From an uncultured Gemmatimonadaceae bacterium (GTDB taxonomy: Bacteria; Gemmatimonadota; Gemmatimonadetes; Gemmatimonadales; GWC2-71-9), in assembly GCA_964641815.1 (NCBI GenBank), contig CAZXKN010000116.1, forward strand, positions 1,889 through 65,888: a stretch of 64,000 nt of DNA. Direction: 5' to 3'. Below the pieces are notes generated by a model that saw only the letters and a program-made list of their open reading frames with translations, was not told where the DNA came from and did no database searches. Below are positions 63,132 through 64,000 of this stretch, piece after piece. Made by a program: the position numbers and the translations under genes. Position 1 is the first letter of the stretch. Every line of letters begins with the position of its first letter.

Positions 63132-64000
63132 ATCGCGTTGCGCGTCTGATCTTCGCCACTGTCCTCGGCCTTCTGCGGACGGCGGCCGGGCAGGGTGAGC
63201 TCCGGCCCACCGTCCTGCTCGTGTCGATCGATGGGTTCCGCTCCGACTATTTCGATCGCTATCCCGCCCCGAATCTGCACCGGCTCGCCGCGCGCGGCGT
63301 CCGCGCGCCGCTCGTCCCGGTGTTCCCGACGAAGACGTTCCCCAATCACTACGCGATCGTGACCGGGCTCTATCCCGAGCATTCCGGCATCGTCGAGAAC
63401 ACGATGTACGATCCCGCGTTCGACGCCGTGTTTCAGATCAGCGACTCGGCTGCGGTCGCCGACGCGCGCTGGTGGGGCGGCGAGCCGCTCTGGGTCACGG
63501 TAGAGCGGCAGGGACAGATCGCAGCGTCCGGCTTCTGGCCGGGGAGCGAGGCGGCGATCGGCGGCGTGCGCCCGCACTATTGGCTGCACTACGACGTGCG
63601 CATGCCCGATTCGGCGCGGGTGCGCCAGGTGCTCGACTGGCTGTCGCTGCCGGCCGCCACGCGGCCGACGTTCGTGACGCTCTATTTCAGCGCGGTCGAC
63701 CACGCCGGGCACGAGTCGGGGCCCTCGAGCCCCGCCGTCGCCCGGGCGGTGCTCCAGGTCGACGCCGCGATCGGCCGCTTGCTCGACGGCCTGGAAGCAA
63801 AAGGGTGGAGCGACCGGATCAACGTGATCGTGGTCGCCGACCACGGCATGTCGCCGATCGCGACCGATTCGGTGGTGGCGCTGGACGATTACCTCTCCCT
63901 TGCCGCGGTTTCGCGCATCACGGGGGGCAATCCCGATCTCGGCCTGTGGCCGCGGGCGGGGTTGGAGGACAGCGTCGTGCGCGCGCTCGCGGGAAAGAAT
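63128..64000 (+). CDS. ectonucleotide pyrophosphatase/phosphodiesterase (NPP, alkaline-phosphatase superfamily), 5-prime part (runs off the right edge)
   Basis: Absent from the ORF track (no stop in the window). My translation from GTG 63128 (GTGA overlap) reads VNRVARLIFATVLGLLRTAAGQ...LLVSIDGFRSDY...PTKTFPNHYAIVTGLYPEHSGIV...YFSAVDHAGHESGP...VIVVADHGM. Confidence 0.8.
   Translation, partial: MNRVARLIFATVLGLLRTAAGQGELRPTVLLVSIDGFRSDYFDRYPAPNLHRLAARGVRAPLVPVFPTKTFPNHYAIVTGLYPEHSGIVENTMYDPAFDAVFQISDSAAVADARWWGGEPLWVTVERQGQIAASGFWPGSEAAIGGVRPHYWLHYDVRMPDSARVRQVLDWLSLPAATRPTFVTLYFSAVDHAGHESGPSSPAVARAVLQVDAAIGRLLDGLEAKGWSDRINVIVVADHGMSPIATDSVVALDDYLSLAAVSRITGGNPDLGLWPRAGLEDSVVRALAGKN

Overview
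This is a high-GC, densely packed chromosomal segment with about 58 protein-coding genes. Many adjacent genes overlap by 1-4 nt (ATGA, GTGA, TGATG). I found no rRNA, tRNA, CRISPR array, transposase, integrase or recognisable phage or defence gene, so this reads as core chromosome rather than an accessory island. The gene repertoire loosely resembles a Gemmatimonadota-like soil bacterium, but that is only a guess. Housekeeping genes include gyrA, leuS, serA with a class-V aminotransferase, rnhA, a dCMP deaminase, selD, ggt and a NAPRTase/nicotinamidase pair. There are many secreted or periplasmic hydrolases: M1, M14 and S41 peptidases, amidohydrolases, a GH29 fucosidase, a phosphoesterase, an NPP and a dienelactone hydrolase. 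Envelope proteins include two OmpA proteins with thrombospondin-type-3 repeats, an Omp85-like barrel and a Big_2/TolB-like protein. Signalling and regulation genes include an MCP, a receiver-GAF-GGDEF protein, a Ser/Thr kinase, an ECF sigma/anti-sigma pair, TetR and PadR. I corrected several ORF-track entries because their 5-prime ends are Arg/Gly/Pro-rich extensions that run into the upstream gene. I added two edge-truncated genes that the track omits (1..586 minus and 63128..64000 plus). No canonical novel protein system is evident. The unusual signals are at the nucleic-acid level. (1) Six long hairpins are unrelated in sequence, and each has arms built from tandem copies of its own 7- or 10-nt unit. 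Three fill convergent stop-to-stop gaps. Three sit between co-directional genes, and one of these buries the Shine-Dalgarno of the next gene while leaving its start codons in the loop. (2) A 486-bp noncoding tract upstream of gyrA is visibly less GC-rich and rich in palindromes; it is the only large unexplained gap. (3) An 8-codon uORF with a strong SD re-encodes the last 7 residues of the upstream cupredoxin gene using different codons and overlaps the next gene by ATGA. (4) Smaller oddities include a divergent gene pair whose start codons overlap in CATG, a multi-palindrome PadR operator, an amidohydrolase paralogue that has lost its metal ligands, and selD with no known selenium-utilisation partner in view.
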